Source of the DNA: Octopus sinensis
Lineage: Eukaryota
Length of the DNA stretch: 64,000 bases
Direction of reading: 5' to 3'
Assembly (NCBI RefSeq): GCF_006345805.1
Contig: NC_043003.1
Coordinates: 62,558,001 to 62,622,000 of the forward strand
The position numbers and the translations under genes were made by a program. This document shows, piece by piece, positions 27,041 through 40,050 of this stretch (its first letter is position 1; every line of letters begins with the position of its first letter). The notes under the pieces are model-generated. The model saw only the letters and a program-made list of their open reading frames with translations, made no database searches and was not told the origin of the DNA.

Positions 27041-28599
27041 TGTAAGACTTTCCTTACTATAAACTTGATTGCATATTCCTCTAAATATGTATGGTGTGTG
27101 TATGTGAATGTGAACCCACATGTCTGTCTTCAATAACACTAGTAATTATGTTTTTATCACACAGTAGGTAATTTTGTAAGAAGTAAGAACTTGTGTGTCC
27201 CCTCTATGTTTAGCCCCTTGTGGACAATAAAGAAATAAGAAGCAAGAACTATGGTTGATTGAATTGACTCCAAAATCTTGCTACCATATTATTTTATCAA
27301 CACCAGAAAAATGAACCACAAAAGCAGTCCATGTAGGATTTAAACTGAAATCTGTTTGTTTCCAAATGAAGCACCATCAAGAATTTTACACACTGTTACT
27401 TTCACAAAAATAGTAGAAACTTATAATAAATATAATCTTAAGTTTAATCCAGAATTTTTTTATGCTGTTTAACACCAGACACAGAATTTTATTAAATGAA
27501 TAAGTGACTATTTTTTTATTCTGTTAAGTATTTAATGATATATTGTCTTAGAAAGAACTTTTAATTGGTATTTTATATACTACACAATCACTATTAGATC
27601 TGATTCTATTTATTCATACTCATCTTCCATCATATTTACTCATGAACAATAGAACTTAATAATAGATAAGCAATTATTTTCCTCATTAAATAGGATGTTT
27701 AAGAATCATCATTTCTCATCTGGCCAAATAACTCCTCAAACCACCTTTCACAGTCTAAAAAGGCCAAACTGAAACATTGACTATTTCTTTAACTACTCTA
27801 TAATTACATTGTTTTTGTGATTGTTTCCACATGCAGTTAAAGTTGACCTCATTTTCATACATCAGCGTATTTACACTATTTTAAATGTTTAAACATTAGA
27901 AACAATGCATGAAAGCAAAAAGTATCACATCTTTACTCACCACAGCATTATGATAACTTCTCTTATATAATATCAATACTTTGCCAAAGATGACATATCA
28001 ACTTTCAAAATCTGTAACCTAAAAGTCTACAAAGAATTTTTCAAACTTATCAACATTTACAGTTAACAGGTCTCTTATTTACAAGGTGGCCTTTTTCTGC
28101 CAGTACGCTATCTTGGACTGTTCTAATCTAAGTTATCTCAATAAAATGTATGAGGAGGAAAACTAAACTATATTTGCTGCACATCAAATGTTGTCTGCAG
28201 AACTGCATTGACAATATGAGGAAGGGTTGTCTGTAGTAGAACTTTATAGTTAAAACTGGAATTGGAACAATAGGATATATATTAGTGTGGGTTTTAAAAC
28301 ACGATGCATTGCAGACTGGAGACATTGGAATTTTGAGACAATACAGTTTTAATAGGACCACCATGTACCTAGGTTATTTGAGATATCAGCAACATTACCT
28401 TCCTTTCACATTGCAATATTGTAGGTTATGTCTTAATTTTTCTGCTCTCAGTTTTTTTGGGGGTTTTTTGGCTTCTGAGTTATAACCCTGATATTGTATT
28501 AGAGAAGGCCTAGAAATATTTGCTTAAGGAATATGAAACCACTTTCTCTTTTTCTATTAAATCACTTACTCTTAAGAATTTTTTATTTGTGCATGCGTG

Positions 28600-28634
<35 letters not shown>

Positions 28635-29329
28635 GAAGAGAGCATGAAAAGTTAATCCAAAGAAAGACTGAACAAATAAAAGGTGAGATTGATAATCCAG
28701 AAATCTCAGGCCTTGTAGTAGCTCCTTCAAAAATTTAGATTTACAATCCATTGACATTATTGATAAGAGACACCTTTCTAGAGTAAGGTAACCATAGTTA
28801 TGTCATTTTCTACTGAATTTTAACACTTATAATCTTCAGCAGAATAACGTATTCTTTGCATGCCAGATCTTTCCATTCCATATGAAGTAGACGTTTCTGA
28901 AATTCAATTGTCATCATTTATTATTTAAAGATGTTATTATAATCATTGATATCAATTGTTTATATATGGAAACTTCATAATTTTCAATCAGGCACCTACT
29001 CCATTCTGTATACTTATTCTTGGGAATATACTTTCTGGGGAAAGCATCTTTTAAATATTTGAAACCAGCCATAATAAACCAATATTGCAATTTTAGACTT
29101 ACTTTTCAAACAATCAGTGTTATAGTATTAGGAACACTAAATAATTTACTTAGGTTTTTCAGCCAAATGTCCCTTTAGTAAAGCCTTGCTGGTTCTGTTC
29201 ATTTCTTTTTTCCTTCATACATTAATCTCATCTTAAAAATACTATTATTTACTTCCTCAACAGAATTTTTAAATCCAACAATCCCACTATTCACTTATTG
29301 TTTCTGCTTATAGAATTTCTCTTGAAATA

Positions 29330-30650
29330 ACTTGACATGCTTATGCTGCCTTTAGTTGATGCCCTATTCTCCAACATCAATGATTCTAATCATATTTTCA
29401 ACCTTTTGACTTTTGTAGCCTCCAAACTTCTCTTCACTATGGATGTAAAATCTTTATCTTCAGTAGCATTGACCTATCAGCCTTTTAATATTTTGATTGC
29501 TCTGTACAGGAAACCATTATAATTATGCTTCTCCAAATAGCCAAATTAATCTTCATTCTTAACTACTTTTTCTTTGATGACTTTTATCAGCAGATTTGTG
29601 GCATAGGTTTCAAGTTCTTTATATCCTCTTTGTAGCCTGCATAGTGATCCAGATTACTGTTCCCTTCACTGGTCTAACTCCAGTGCTATACTTCTCCATC
29701 AGTTACTGCCTCAACAGTACATAAAATATTAGAAAAGGACTCACATACTTTATCTTAGTCATTAACAACTTTTACTGTGCAAAATACTTTACTTTCACTG
29801 TTGCTGGTTCCTCTGTCAGCTTCCCAGACATCTCTGTCCTTATTGATAACATCTGTATCTCCAATTCCACATTCAGCAATACTTATTCCTATCTTGGTTC
29901 TTGTAATTCTCATCTCACCCAGTCTGAATCTGCTATCCCATTCTCCTAATTTCTTTGACTCCATTATCTTTTCACCTGGGATTCAGTCTTTAAAGTCAAA
30001 GAAATACACCTCTTTCCCTTGGCTTATTGTTATTCTCACTCAGCCAATGATGCCATACTCCACTGAGCCCAAACTATTAGTAGAACTACATCATTCTTGT
30101 TACATGTATTGTATACCAGTAGAACAACAGAGTTCCCTCTATATCACTTTACATTCAGCAATCTTTTTTATGCACTATCTTATGCAATTTCTGCTATCTA
30201 CTCAACCCCTGATACTACTCCAAGCTTCACTATAACTTCTTTGCCTCAAGAAAGACAAAATTCTGTGACATTTTGATCAAGCTCTTCCTTGTCCCCTACC
30301 ACATTCAGCTTGGTTCCTACTTTCCAATAATCCTGCTCCAGATGTCCTACTTGTTTCTTTAGCTTTCATGTCACAGTCATACACAACTCTAAAAACCTAG
30401 TTCCATTTCATTGATTAATGTTTTGATGACTACTTCCAAGAACACCTTGATCTCCAAAGCAATATGCAGATCATCTCTAAAACCAATATCTGAATTTCAA
30501 TTTGTCAGGTTACTCTACAGATCATCTCTCAGTCTGTGTTGTTATCTTAGGTAACAGATCCTTTCATATGTACAAAGAGAAAGAAAAACATGTCATCTTT
30601 AATCTCAATAATTCTACTAAAATCAACAAATGCTTTTCCTTTTCTTAATT
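29330..30650 (+). mobile_element. Decayed Penelope-like element ORF (RT + GIY-YIG C-terminal region)
   Basis: Manual translation gives LLFTMDVKSL, LNYFFFD..FYQQICG, YSYL..NSH, AIPFS*FL*L, FNLSGYSTDHLSVC and EKHVIFNL, followed by a pyrimidine-rich tract. Confidence 0.75.
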
Positions 30651-33264
30651 CACTCTTATTCTCTCCTGTAGCCCTCTCCTCCATTTCTGTTTTTATTAGT
30701 TTATATTCTGATGTGTGCACATATGCCTCAAATGTATTTCTGTGCAATATCTTACCACTCTACACCCATGCTTTACCTCCTTTCCTCTATGTACCCTTTG
30801 ACCTTCACTAGCTTCTGTTTTCTCTTACTCTTTTCTTCCCATTCCTTGTTTTCTTCCTACATTTTCATATGAATTCCTTTTCGTATATCTTGTATTGTAT
30901 ATCAGCATTTGCATCTATGTGTATTCATGTATGAATGAGTACATATGTATATGAGAGCACTTGTGTTTGCTTCTGTGTGCATGTGTATATGCATAAACCT
31001 TGTGAACCATCGATCAAGCATGTATGCAAACAAATATATAACTACTATCATGTATTTTAATCCTTTTAAATCTTTAGTTTCTCCTCACTTGTCTACGTGT
31101 TTTGCATGTATACGTGTGTATGTGTGTGTGTATGTGTGTGTGCGCTTATGAAATATTTTCTTTCTTTTTTTTTAGCTCTAGATCATCTCTGTGTGAACAG
31201 ACAATAGACATTCCAGACATGAGACCATCTCATGTCTTTTACAGATACAGCTTATTAGGTCCCCGTTACTCAATGTATCTTTACTTTTTGTAAGGCAATG
31301 GAGGTGGGGGTGATTTGGACGAGATTTGACTGCTATTTTCAACAGGATGAGCAACCACTTAGAGGAATTGTCATTGGTTCTTATATATTGTCTTCATATG
31401 TATGTACAAACAGATTTTTCACACTGCTTTCTTCTCCTTTGATTACCCCCACCCTTTCTATTTCACTTCATTACTTTAGATTGGACAGTGAATTTTTTCT
31501 CAGTTTTTGTTTTTCTTATACCTTACATCTTTTGATTTCCTTTAGAACCATTTAATATACTCTCACTTCCCTTGCACAAAAGATTCCTACCTAAAACACT
31601 AGCATAACCCCCCTCCCCGCCTTCCCCCATCATCCTGCCCACAGTATACAATGTTATTTTTTACAAATTTTATTTACAGTGTGTTTCTTTTTTCACTTAG
31701 GTCATCACAAATATTCTTAGACTTCACTTTTTTTATTTGTTTTTTTAATACAAAAATAGTTTGATAATATTTTCCTTTTTATAGCCAGCTACTGCCAATA
31801 GAGTGGTCTGGTCAGCAGGTTTCTGCTAATGCTCTATATCTGTATAAAGGCTGTACCATTATCCTACCTTTTCTGTGTTTTCTTCTTATAATAGTACTTT
31901 GTGGTAAAAACAATTAGTTCATATCAGACCATTTCTTCTAAATATATTTTGACTCTGTTGAAGAGATGTCTTAACATTTCTTATTTTCCATGTGTTGTTT
32001 GAGTATATTTCTTTGAAATATATTCAATCTATGAAAGAATTATCATTAAACCAAATTTCTATATATCTTTTGAAACACTTACGCTAATCAATATTCAAAA
32101 TAGCTTTTATTGCAACATATTAATTAGAATTCTTATATGATATATTTTTGAAAATAATCAAACAGCCACTCAAGTAATATTTAACACTGCTAAGTATAAG
32201 ATAGCAATTGCTTTCAAATCCAATAAATTATATTAAAACAAGAATCATAAATTTTAGATAATTATTATGACTGAGCAAATAATAGAATATTTCTCTGGCT
32301 TCAGCAAAAGATAATCTAAAAGCTTCAATACTTGCTTATTGAGTATTGGCAAGATTTTTAATAAAATAAATAAAGGCAATGCATGTACATATTGATGCTT
32401 GTAGATTAATTTTAAAAGCTTTTCTTCTTAAAAATAAGGAAATTTCGATAAATCAAAAATAAGTTGAAAATAAATTTATAAAGGAAGTGATTCTGAGAGA
32501 AAAATCTACAATTAGATCTGCTCTATCATGATGTAACAGTATTCTATTGATTAGAGTATAGGTTTTAACGGTATTGAGTAGATTAGCTTCTTGTTTTACT
32601 TCTTTCTCCAGAAATAGCAATGGGAATATTGTGTTTAGTGTACTCAGTGGTATATTATAAATATCTGCTGATGAATGTGACACATTATAAGAAATGTTAC
32701 ATAAATTTCATTGACTTAGGCGATGTTTGTAAGATTTACAACTTCCTTCTTCTTCTTCTTCTCCTTCTTCCTCTTGTTCTTCTTCTTCTTTTCCTCCTCC
32801 TCCTCCCTTCATCTTCCCCTCCCCTCCCTCCTCCTCCTCCTCCCCTTCTTCTAGTCATCATCGTCATCATCATAATCATCACCATTATTAGATGTAAGGA
32901 CGAGGTGAAACAATCACCAAAACCCCTACAGCTTAATTCAACATCTTGGTAAAGTTATTGCCTAGATCGATCTGAGTGGCGTAAAATGTGTCATGATGCA
33001 TCTAAACAATTTGAGTTGAAGAAACAGAACCATAAAAGAATTATATCCTGCAATCAACAAACACATTTGTCCAATCCCGTGCAAAAGCAAAATCATTATT
33101 GTCCCCGTTTTGACTTCATAGCAAAATCCATTCCTGGATTCAAATTACATTTATGCATCCACTGCAAACAGATGCAGCTTCTTTTATTTTTAATCCTTTT
33201 TTTTTCTTTTAAATCTTCTTCAAACACTCATGTCAAAACCGTCAAGAGTGACCATCATGATCAT

Positions 33265-33549
33265 TATTATTATCATTATTATTATTAATATTATTATTAT
33301 TATTATAAATATTTTATGTTTGACTTTTGCTTTACATTTGTGCAAGTCGACTCCAAGTCTCACCCAGAGACCTCAAGAGACAACAAGTTGAAAGTTCATG
33401 TTGGTGTTATGCCTAGGGTGCCATATATTTGGTTTTGTACATAGTGTTGTTCTAGAGAATGCTTAAGATTACAAAGAAAGTATTTTGCATAGGATATGAG
33501 CAGTCCCCATGAGCACTATCTTTTGAATTTCTGCCATTTTGGGGTTTCC
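33265..33549 (-). mobile_element. 3' end of R4/Dong-like LINE with (TAA)n tail
   Basis: Minus-strand translation GNPKMAEIQKIVLMGTAHILCKILSL*, then a short UTR and (TAA)n. Confidence 0.7.
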
Positions 33550-34030
33550 TAAGGCAGCGAGCTGGCAGAATCGTTAGCATGCCAGGTGAAATTCTTAGCG
33601 GTATTTCATCAGTCGTTATGTTCTGAGTTCAAATTCCGCTGGGATTGACTTTGCCTTTCATCCTTTCAGGATCAATAAAATAAGTACCAGTTGAACACTG
33701 GGATCGATGTAATCAACTCATCCCCACCTCCTCCAAGTTGCCTTTGTGGCAAAAATTTGAAATTATTATTATCGTTATTATTATCATTATTATTATTATT
33801 ATTATTATTAAGGTAGTGAACTGGTAGAATCATTAGCATGGTGCGTGAAATGCTTAGCGGCATTTCATAACTCATTATGTTCTGGGTTCAAATTCCACCA
33901 AGGTCGACTTTGCCTTTCATCCTTTCAGGGTCGATTAAATAAATACCAGTTACACACTGGAGTTGATGTAATTGACTTAATCCCTTTCCACAAATTTGAG
34001 GCCTTGTGTTTCCAGTGGAAAGTATTATTA
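33550..34030 (+). mobile_element. SINE family B dimer
   Basis: Two units separated by (TTA)n. Confidence 0.85.
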
Positions 34031-34446
34031 TTATTATCTTTACTAAATATAATTACTCATTAAAAGAACATTTTTTCAGAAATAAATTATTTTATATTTT
34101 AATTTTTCTTTAACACTTCAAATTATTTTTTTAAAAAACTAACAACAAAAACTTAAGCCATATTAAAAGAAATGCCACATTTAGGTTAGACAAGCCTGAC
34201 TGGTACTTTTAAACAGTATTGATAAGATTTAATGTATTGAAGATTGTGCTTGAAGGTAAATTTCCAGATTGGATTTACTCCAGTTGCGTGTTGAATTACT
34301 AAGAATTTTTTTAAAGATAACGGTTTTTGCCAATCATGTGAATTGGTTTGTTTATCCAAAATTAGTTTATATGTAAAGGTTGTGTTACAGAGTTGATTGA
34401 ATGCATGGTTTATAGGGAGTTAAAAATAGATATTGCCTGACAGTAA

Positions 34447-34680
34447 GTCATCATCATCATCGTCGTCATCAACATCATCATCATCATCATTATTCTCCTC
34501 ATCATCATCATCGTCATCATCATCATCTTCATCATCACTACCATCATCATCATCATTGTCGTCGTCAACATCATCATCATCATCATTATCCTCCTCATCA
34601 TCATCATCGTCATCATCATCATCGTCATCTTCATCATCACTACCATCATCATCATCATTGTCGTCGTCATTGTCATCATT
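34447..34680 (+). repeat. (CAT)n-type microsatellite with a ~100-bp higher-order duplication
   Basis: Interruptions AACATC, CTCCTC and ACTACC recur about 96-102 bp apart. Confidence 0.9.
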
Positions 34681-34924
34681 TAATATTCACTCTTCCATGT
34701 TTACATGATTCAGATTGAGTTTGCTGAGGTAAATTTTCTATGGCTGGATGCCTTTCCTGTCCCCAATTTTCACCTGTTCTCAAGCAAGGTAATATTTCTT
34801 TCTGATCAAATATGTTTTACATGGAAGAATGGAAATGAACAACATTATCTGTTTGATGGCGACGCTGATTTACAACCATGATGTGAAGGCAAGACTACAC
34901 ACACACACACACACACACCTGAAT

Positions 34925-35163
34925 ATATATGAGCATGCCAGGCTAATAAGGGCCGGTTTACCTGTTTCAATGGTGTATATACTCCCCACCTGGATGGGAC
35001 ACCAGTCTGTTGCAGGATTACTCATTTTGCCAGCTGAGTGGACTTGGAGCAATGTGAAGTGAAGTGTTTTGCTCAAAAACACTATGTGTCACTCAGTCCA
35101 GGAATCGAAACTATAATCTTATGATCATGAATCCAGCACCCTAACCACTAAGCCACATGCCTC
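34925..35163 (-). mobile_element. tRNA-derived SINE family C with V-domain-like segment
   Basis: Head GGCATGTGGCTTAGTGGTTAGG; CCTGCAACAGACTGGTGTCCCATCCAGG resembles the V-SINE core as I recall it. Confidence 0.7.
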
Positions 35164-35410
35164 CACATGCATACATACATGCATATATACATACACACAC
35201 ACACATATATATATATACGATGGGTTTCTTCCAGTTTCCCCTTACCAAATCCCCTCACAAGGTTTGGGTGGCCCGAGGTTATAGTAGAACACACTTGCCC
35301 AAGGTGCCATGCTGTGGGACTGAATCCAGAACCATGTGGTTGGGAAGCAAGCTTCTTACCACACAGCCACATATGTGTATATATATATATATATGTACAT
35401 ACATGTAAAA

Positions 35411-36844
35411 TATAGGTTAGTGAGTTTTTTTAGAAATTTCACTACCAGTGGCCTAGCATGTATAAAAAATCAATAGACAACATATTCTCAATATATTCAC
35501 TCTTCCATGTTTGCATGATTCAGATTGAATTTGCTGAGGTAAATTTTCTATGGCTGGATGCCTTTCCTGTCCCCAATTTTCACCTGTTCTCAAGCAAGGT
35601 AATATTTCTTTCTGATCAAATATGTTTTACATGGAAGAATGGAAATGAACAGCATTATCTGTTTGATGACGACGTTGATTTACAACCATGATGTGAACAC
35701 AAGAGTACACACACACACACATGCACATAAACACTCTTATACATGCACACACACACGCACACACACACCTGAATATATATGAGCATGCCAGGCTCATAAG
35801 GGTCAGTTTACCTGTTTCAATGGTGTATATACTCCCCACCTGGATGGGACACCTGTCCGTTGCAGGATTACTCATTTTGCCAGCTGAGTGGACTGGAGCA
35901 AGAGAAAACTGCCTTCAACAGGCAGTTTTTACATGCTAGAAGAAGTAGTCAAAACGACCAAAACCACATTTAAGGGCAATCTTCAAAAGGAATGAAAAAT
36001 AAAAACTTTTACCTTGTTATTTTATTCCGGTCAGACCTAGATTTCAAAATTTTTTTAGCAAATAAAATAATTTGCTAGGCAAATTTCTCATCAGTAACCA
36101 CGCCATAACACTAACATATAATTAAGAGACGAATAGCATGTGTCTCATCGTTATTCATTATAATTCTTCAAATTCACCACGCAAGTGCAGTTTCAGTCAG
36201 TAGTAAATTAATAAATGTCGAACTAATCTTTTAAAAATTGCTAAATGCATATACATAAAATATAGGGTAGTGAGTTTTTTTAGAAATTTCACTACCAGTG
36301 GCCTAGCATGTATAAAAAGTCAATAGACAACATATTCTCAATATAAAATAGTGTACATTTAAATACAAGAGAAAACTGCCTTCAGCAGGCAGTTTTTACA
36401 TGCTAGAAGAGGTAGTCAAAATGACCAAAACCACATTTAAGAGCAATCTTCAAAAGGAATGGAAAATAAAAAAATTTTACCTTGGTATTTTATTTTATTT
36501 TATGTATATGTTTTTAGCAAATTTTAAAAGATGAGTTCAGCATTTATTCCTTTACTGCCGACTGAAACTGCAGAGACATGTGCTAGTCATTTCTTAATTA
36601 TATGTTAGTGCTATGGTGTGGTCACTGATGAGAAATTTGCCTAGCAAATTATTTTATTTGCTAAAAAAATTTTGAAATTTAAGTGTGACCGGAATAAAAT
36701 AACAAGGTAAAAGTTTTTTTATTTTTCATTCCTTTTGAAGATTGCTCTTAAATGTGATTTTGGTCATTTTGACTACTTCTAGCGTATAAAAACTGCCTGT
36801 TGAAGGCAGTTTTCTCTTGTGTTTAGATGTACATTATTTTATAT
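35411..36844. repeat. Direct + inverted array of a ~470-bp unit (Penelope pseudo-LTR-like architecture)
   Basis: 35411-35495 + 35898-36260 (interrupted unit), 36261-36493 (partial direct copy), 36494-36844 (inverted copy). Bounded by TA/CA microsatellite. Confidence 0.8.
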
Positions 36845-37296
36845 ATGTATATGTGTGTGTGTATATACATATACATATATGCACACACACACACACACAC
36901 ACACAGATTTATATATTCTATTTCCTTGAAAGAATTTCTCCCAGGCATTACTCATTACAATTCGTCTTGGCCTAACGGTCCTTAATGTTTGTCTTCGTTG
37001 ATTTTTTACTCTGTACATCCACTTTGACATTGTTCATTCTTTCCAAGCTCTAACTCTCCATGAAATTTATATTTTTAAAATTTCTGGATGCTGCTGGGTG
37101 ATGAAGCTCCCTATATTGTCATTAAAAGCACGAAATAGGAGTAATAAACAGTTCAACAACTGATGAGGAGTTACCTTTTTTTGGTATTTTGTTCTGCTTT
37201 TTCTCTCGTGTGTTTACGTAATTTTCACTCGATGATGTCCTGTACACAATGTATATTTTTCATTATATTTATATGTGTGTATGTGTATATATATAT

Positions 37297-37451
37297 CACC
37301 CACTACACTCTCGGAGTGGTTGGCGTTAGGAAGGGCATCCAGCTGTAGAAACACGGCCAGATCTGACTGGCTTGGTGTAGCCTTCGGGCTTGCCAGACCC
37401 CAGTTGAACCGTCCGACCCATGCTAGCATGGAAAGCGGACGTTAAACGATG
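37297..37451 (+). mobile_element. Short RTE 3' end in a TA tract
   Basis: CACCCACTACACTCTCGGAGTGG...CCATGCTAGCATGGAAAGCGGACGTTAAACGATG. Confidence 0.85.
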
Positions 37452-37509
37452 TATACACACACACATATATATATATATATATAATATATATATATATATA
37501 TACACATAT

Positions 37510-37748
37510 ATACTTAATAATTAGGGTTCAGCAAAGATTTGCTTTACCACATACCGAAGTTTAGAAATAGCAGCCAAAAAACGTTAGCTATTTCTTCTAC
37601 TTTAAAAAGGGTCTCCCAGAAAAACCAAAATACTTTTTCTGGGAGTCCCTTTTTAAAGTAGAAGAAATAGCTAACGTTTTTTGGCTGCTATTTCTAAACT
37701 TCGGTATGTGGTAAAGCAAATCTTTGCTGAACCCTAATTATTAAGTAT
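37510..37748. repeat. Near-perfect palindrome, ~115-bp arms, 9-nt spacer
   Basis: 37510-37624 vs 37634-37748, one mismatch seen. Confidence 0.95.
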
Positions 37749-39184
37749 TACTTAAGTTTACCATGAAATGGTCCTTTTTTCATGCCGAATTCTACTTGGT
37801 GAAATTATTGATTACTTCTTAATTAATTAATTTTACCCTTTGTTATTATATACATATATATGTATGTGTGTATGTATACACACACACGGGCTTTCAGTTT
37901 CTATCCTCCAAATCCATTCGCAAGCTCTTGGTTAGCCAAGGGTTATAACAGAAGACACTTACCCAAGGTACCACACAGTGGTACTGAACCTGAGACCACA
38001 TGTTTGAGAAGCAAGCTTCTCAACCAAACAGCCACATCTGCACCTGAATTTCAAATAAATCTGATATGGTTTTGTTAATGATAGGTAACTATAAGATAGC
38101 TGACATAATAAAACATTATTCCATATCTAGATCAGTGTTTAGCTATTATGACTTCAAATATCACTTTGGGTTTACTTTACCTTTCATCCTTTTGAGATCA
38201 ATAATACACACACACACACACACACACATGCACACACACACATAATCAAAATTATGGAGTGACTTCAATCAGTTACAACTTTTCTACTATAAACTTCATA
38301 GCTAGTAATAAAATATTGTCTCGGACACCTGCTGTACAAATTATATAAAGGTAATATTAGATATAGCATGTGAATGATATCTATGAACTATGACTACAAT
38401 ATGAATATTTGTATGTATTGAGAGTGATTGATTGGTTGGGTGGTTGGTTGGCTGGTTGGTTGTTGTGTGGTCGAGTACATGAGTATTTGATCAAATAACT
38501 TGGTTCAATCCACTGCTTCATATATACTGTCTCTGCCTAGCTGAGGATCATGCTTCACATTCCATTATGCAGTGATTCATCATATGAAGTATTACATAAC
38601 AGCTTGTATACATACTGATGTTTAACTCCAGGTCAGCTTTGAATGAGCATATCTATGACTAAAGGCATTACAACCTTGATTATTTTGTACTTGGGTATAT
38701 ATTGTCCTCTCTATGTCCTTTCCCTTTTTAATCCTTTAGCAATTAAATCGACCATATCTAGCCCAAATATTCAATCTGTTTTATGTTCCAACTGGCCAAA
38801 TCTCACACCTATTCTAAAAATAAACAATCTCATCTTTGAAATCAGTTTCAAAATATTACATAATTAATTTTTTTAAATATAAATAATTAAGCAATACATT
38901 TGACAGAGTAATCTGAATGCTTAAGGCTTAAGACAGCAAGGTTGATCTGGAGTAATTTAGCTTCTATTTCTAACAGGTTGAACAATTCAACCTTGTCGAA
39001 GTTCCCTCATGAACATATAAGTCTATAGATTGTGTTATTGGACACAACAGAGTTGGACTAGGAGGAATCAGTCAGAACATAACAGCTGCTGCTGCTCTGC
39101 ACTCATCATTAGCGATGTGTATCCCAGTTCAATGTATGGAGCTAATGCGGCTTCCATGATGATGCTTTTTTTAAAATCCATATA

Positions 39185-39610
39185 TTTTAAGTTGCTTGGA
39201 CTGGATTGAGGAAATAATGTTTACTTAGTGTTTTTCCTATGGTGTTGTAGTAATATTCTGGCAGTTTGTTTGTGAGTGATGTGATCCTATATGTAGTGGC
39301 AGGGATTGAGACAACCGGAAATTGAGACTTCATGTCTCCAGGGCTTCTAGCATTTTTAGTATTTTTGTTATGTTGCACAGGTCACCTGTAGATATGGGCT
39401 ATGAGCAACCTGTCATAATGCAAAGGTGTTGCACTTTTTGTAGTTAAATAATGAGTTGTAATGAAAAGATTTATTTGCTCAGGAAGGACTGGCATATCCA
39501 TGATGGATCTTAAGTATTGTTTATACCCTTATGTTGTTAAATTCTGTTGACTAAATTTGGACCGTGTTGTGAGTGCTATATATTTGTGTATCATTTTATT
39601 TTCATTAGTA
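39185..39610 (-). mobile_element. Possible decayed RLE-type LINE fragment (CCHC knuckle region)
   Basis: Weak resemblance (C..C....SISGC...Y..H...ARIL) with many stops. Confidence 0.35.
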
Positions 39611-39621
39611 TAAGTCATAAA

Positions 39622-40050
39622 AGTTGGCGAGCTGGCAGGAACATTAGCATGCAGGGCAAAATGCATAGCAGTATTTCATCTGTCTTTACGTTCTGAGTTC
39701 AAATTCCCCTGAGGTCAACTTTGCCTTTCATCCTTTCATAATAAATAAATTAAGTACCAGTTGCATACTGGAGTTGATTTAATCGACTGCCCCACCTCTC
39801 CCAAAATTTCAGGCCTTGTGCCTAGAGTAGAAAAGATTATTATAAGTCATAAAGGCAACAAACTGATAGCATCCTTATTGCACCAAACAAAATTGTGAAA
39901 GGTTTTTCTTTTGGTTCTTTCTGCCCAAATACTTCCGAGGCTGATTCTACCTTTCATCCTTGTAGAGTTGATAAAATAAGAATCAGCTGAGCACTAGGGT
40001 TGATGTAATCAGCTTTCCCCTCCCCTCAAAGAGTTACTGGCCTTATATCA
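39622..40050 (+). mobile_element. SINE family B dimer (second unit older)
   Basis: Same unit. ATAAGTCATAAA occurs before and after the first unit (probable TSD). Confidence 0.8.

Noticed and set aside
34410-34708. Poly-Ser / poly-Met ORFs
   Set aside because: (CAT)n microsatellite.
36620-36660. CTGATGA directly followed by GAAA-TTTGC-CTA-GCAAA-TT as a minimal hammerhead
   Set aside because: No stem II nucleotides, and flanks do not pair as stem I.
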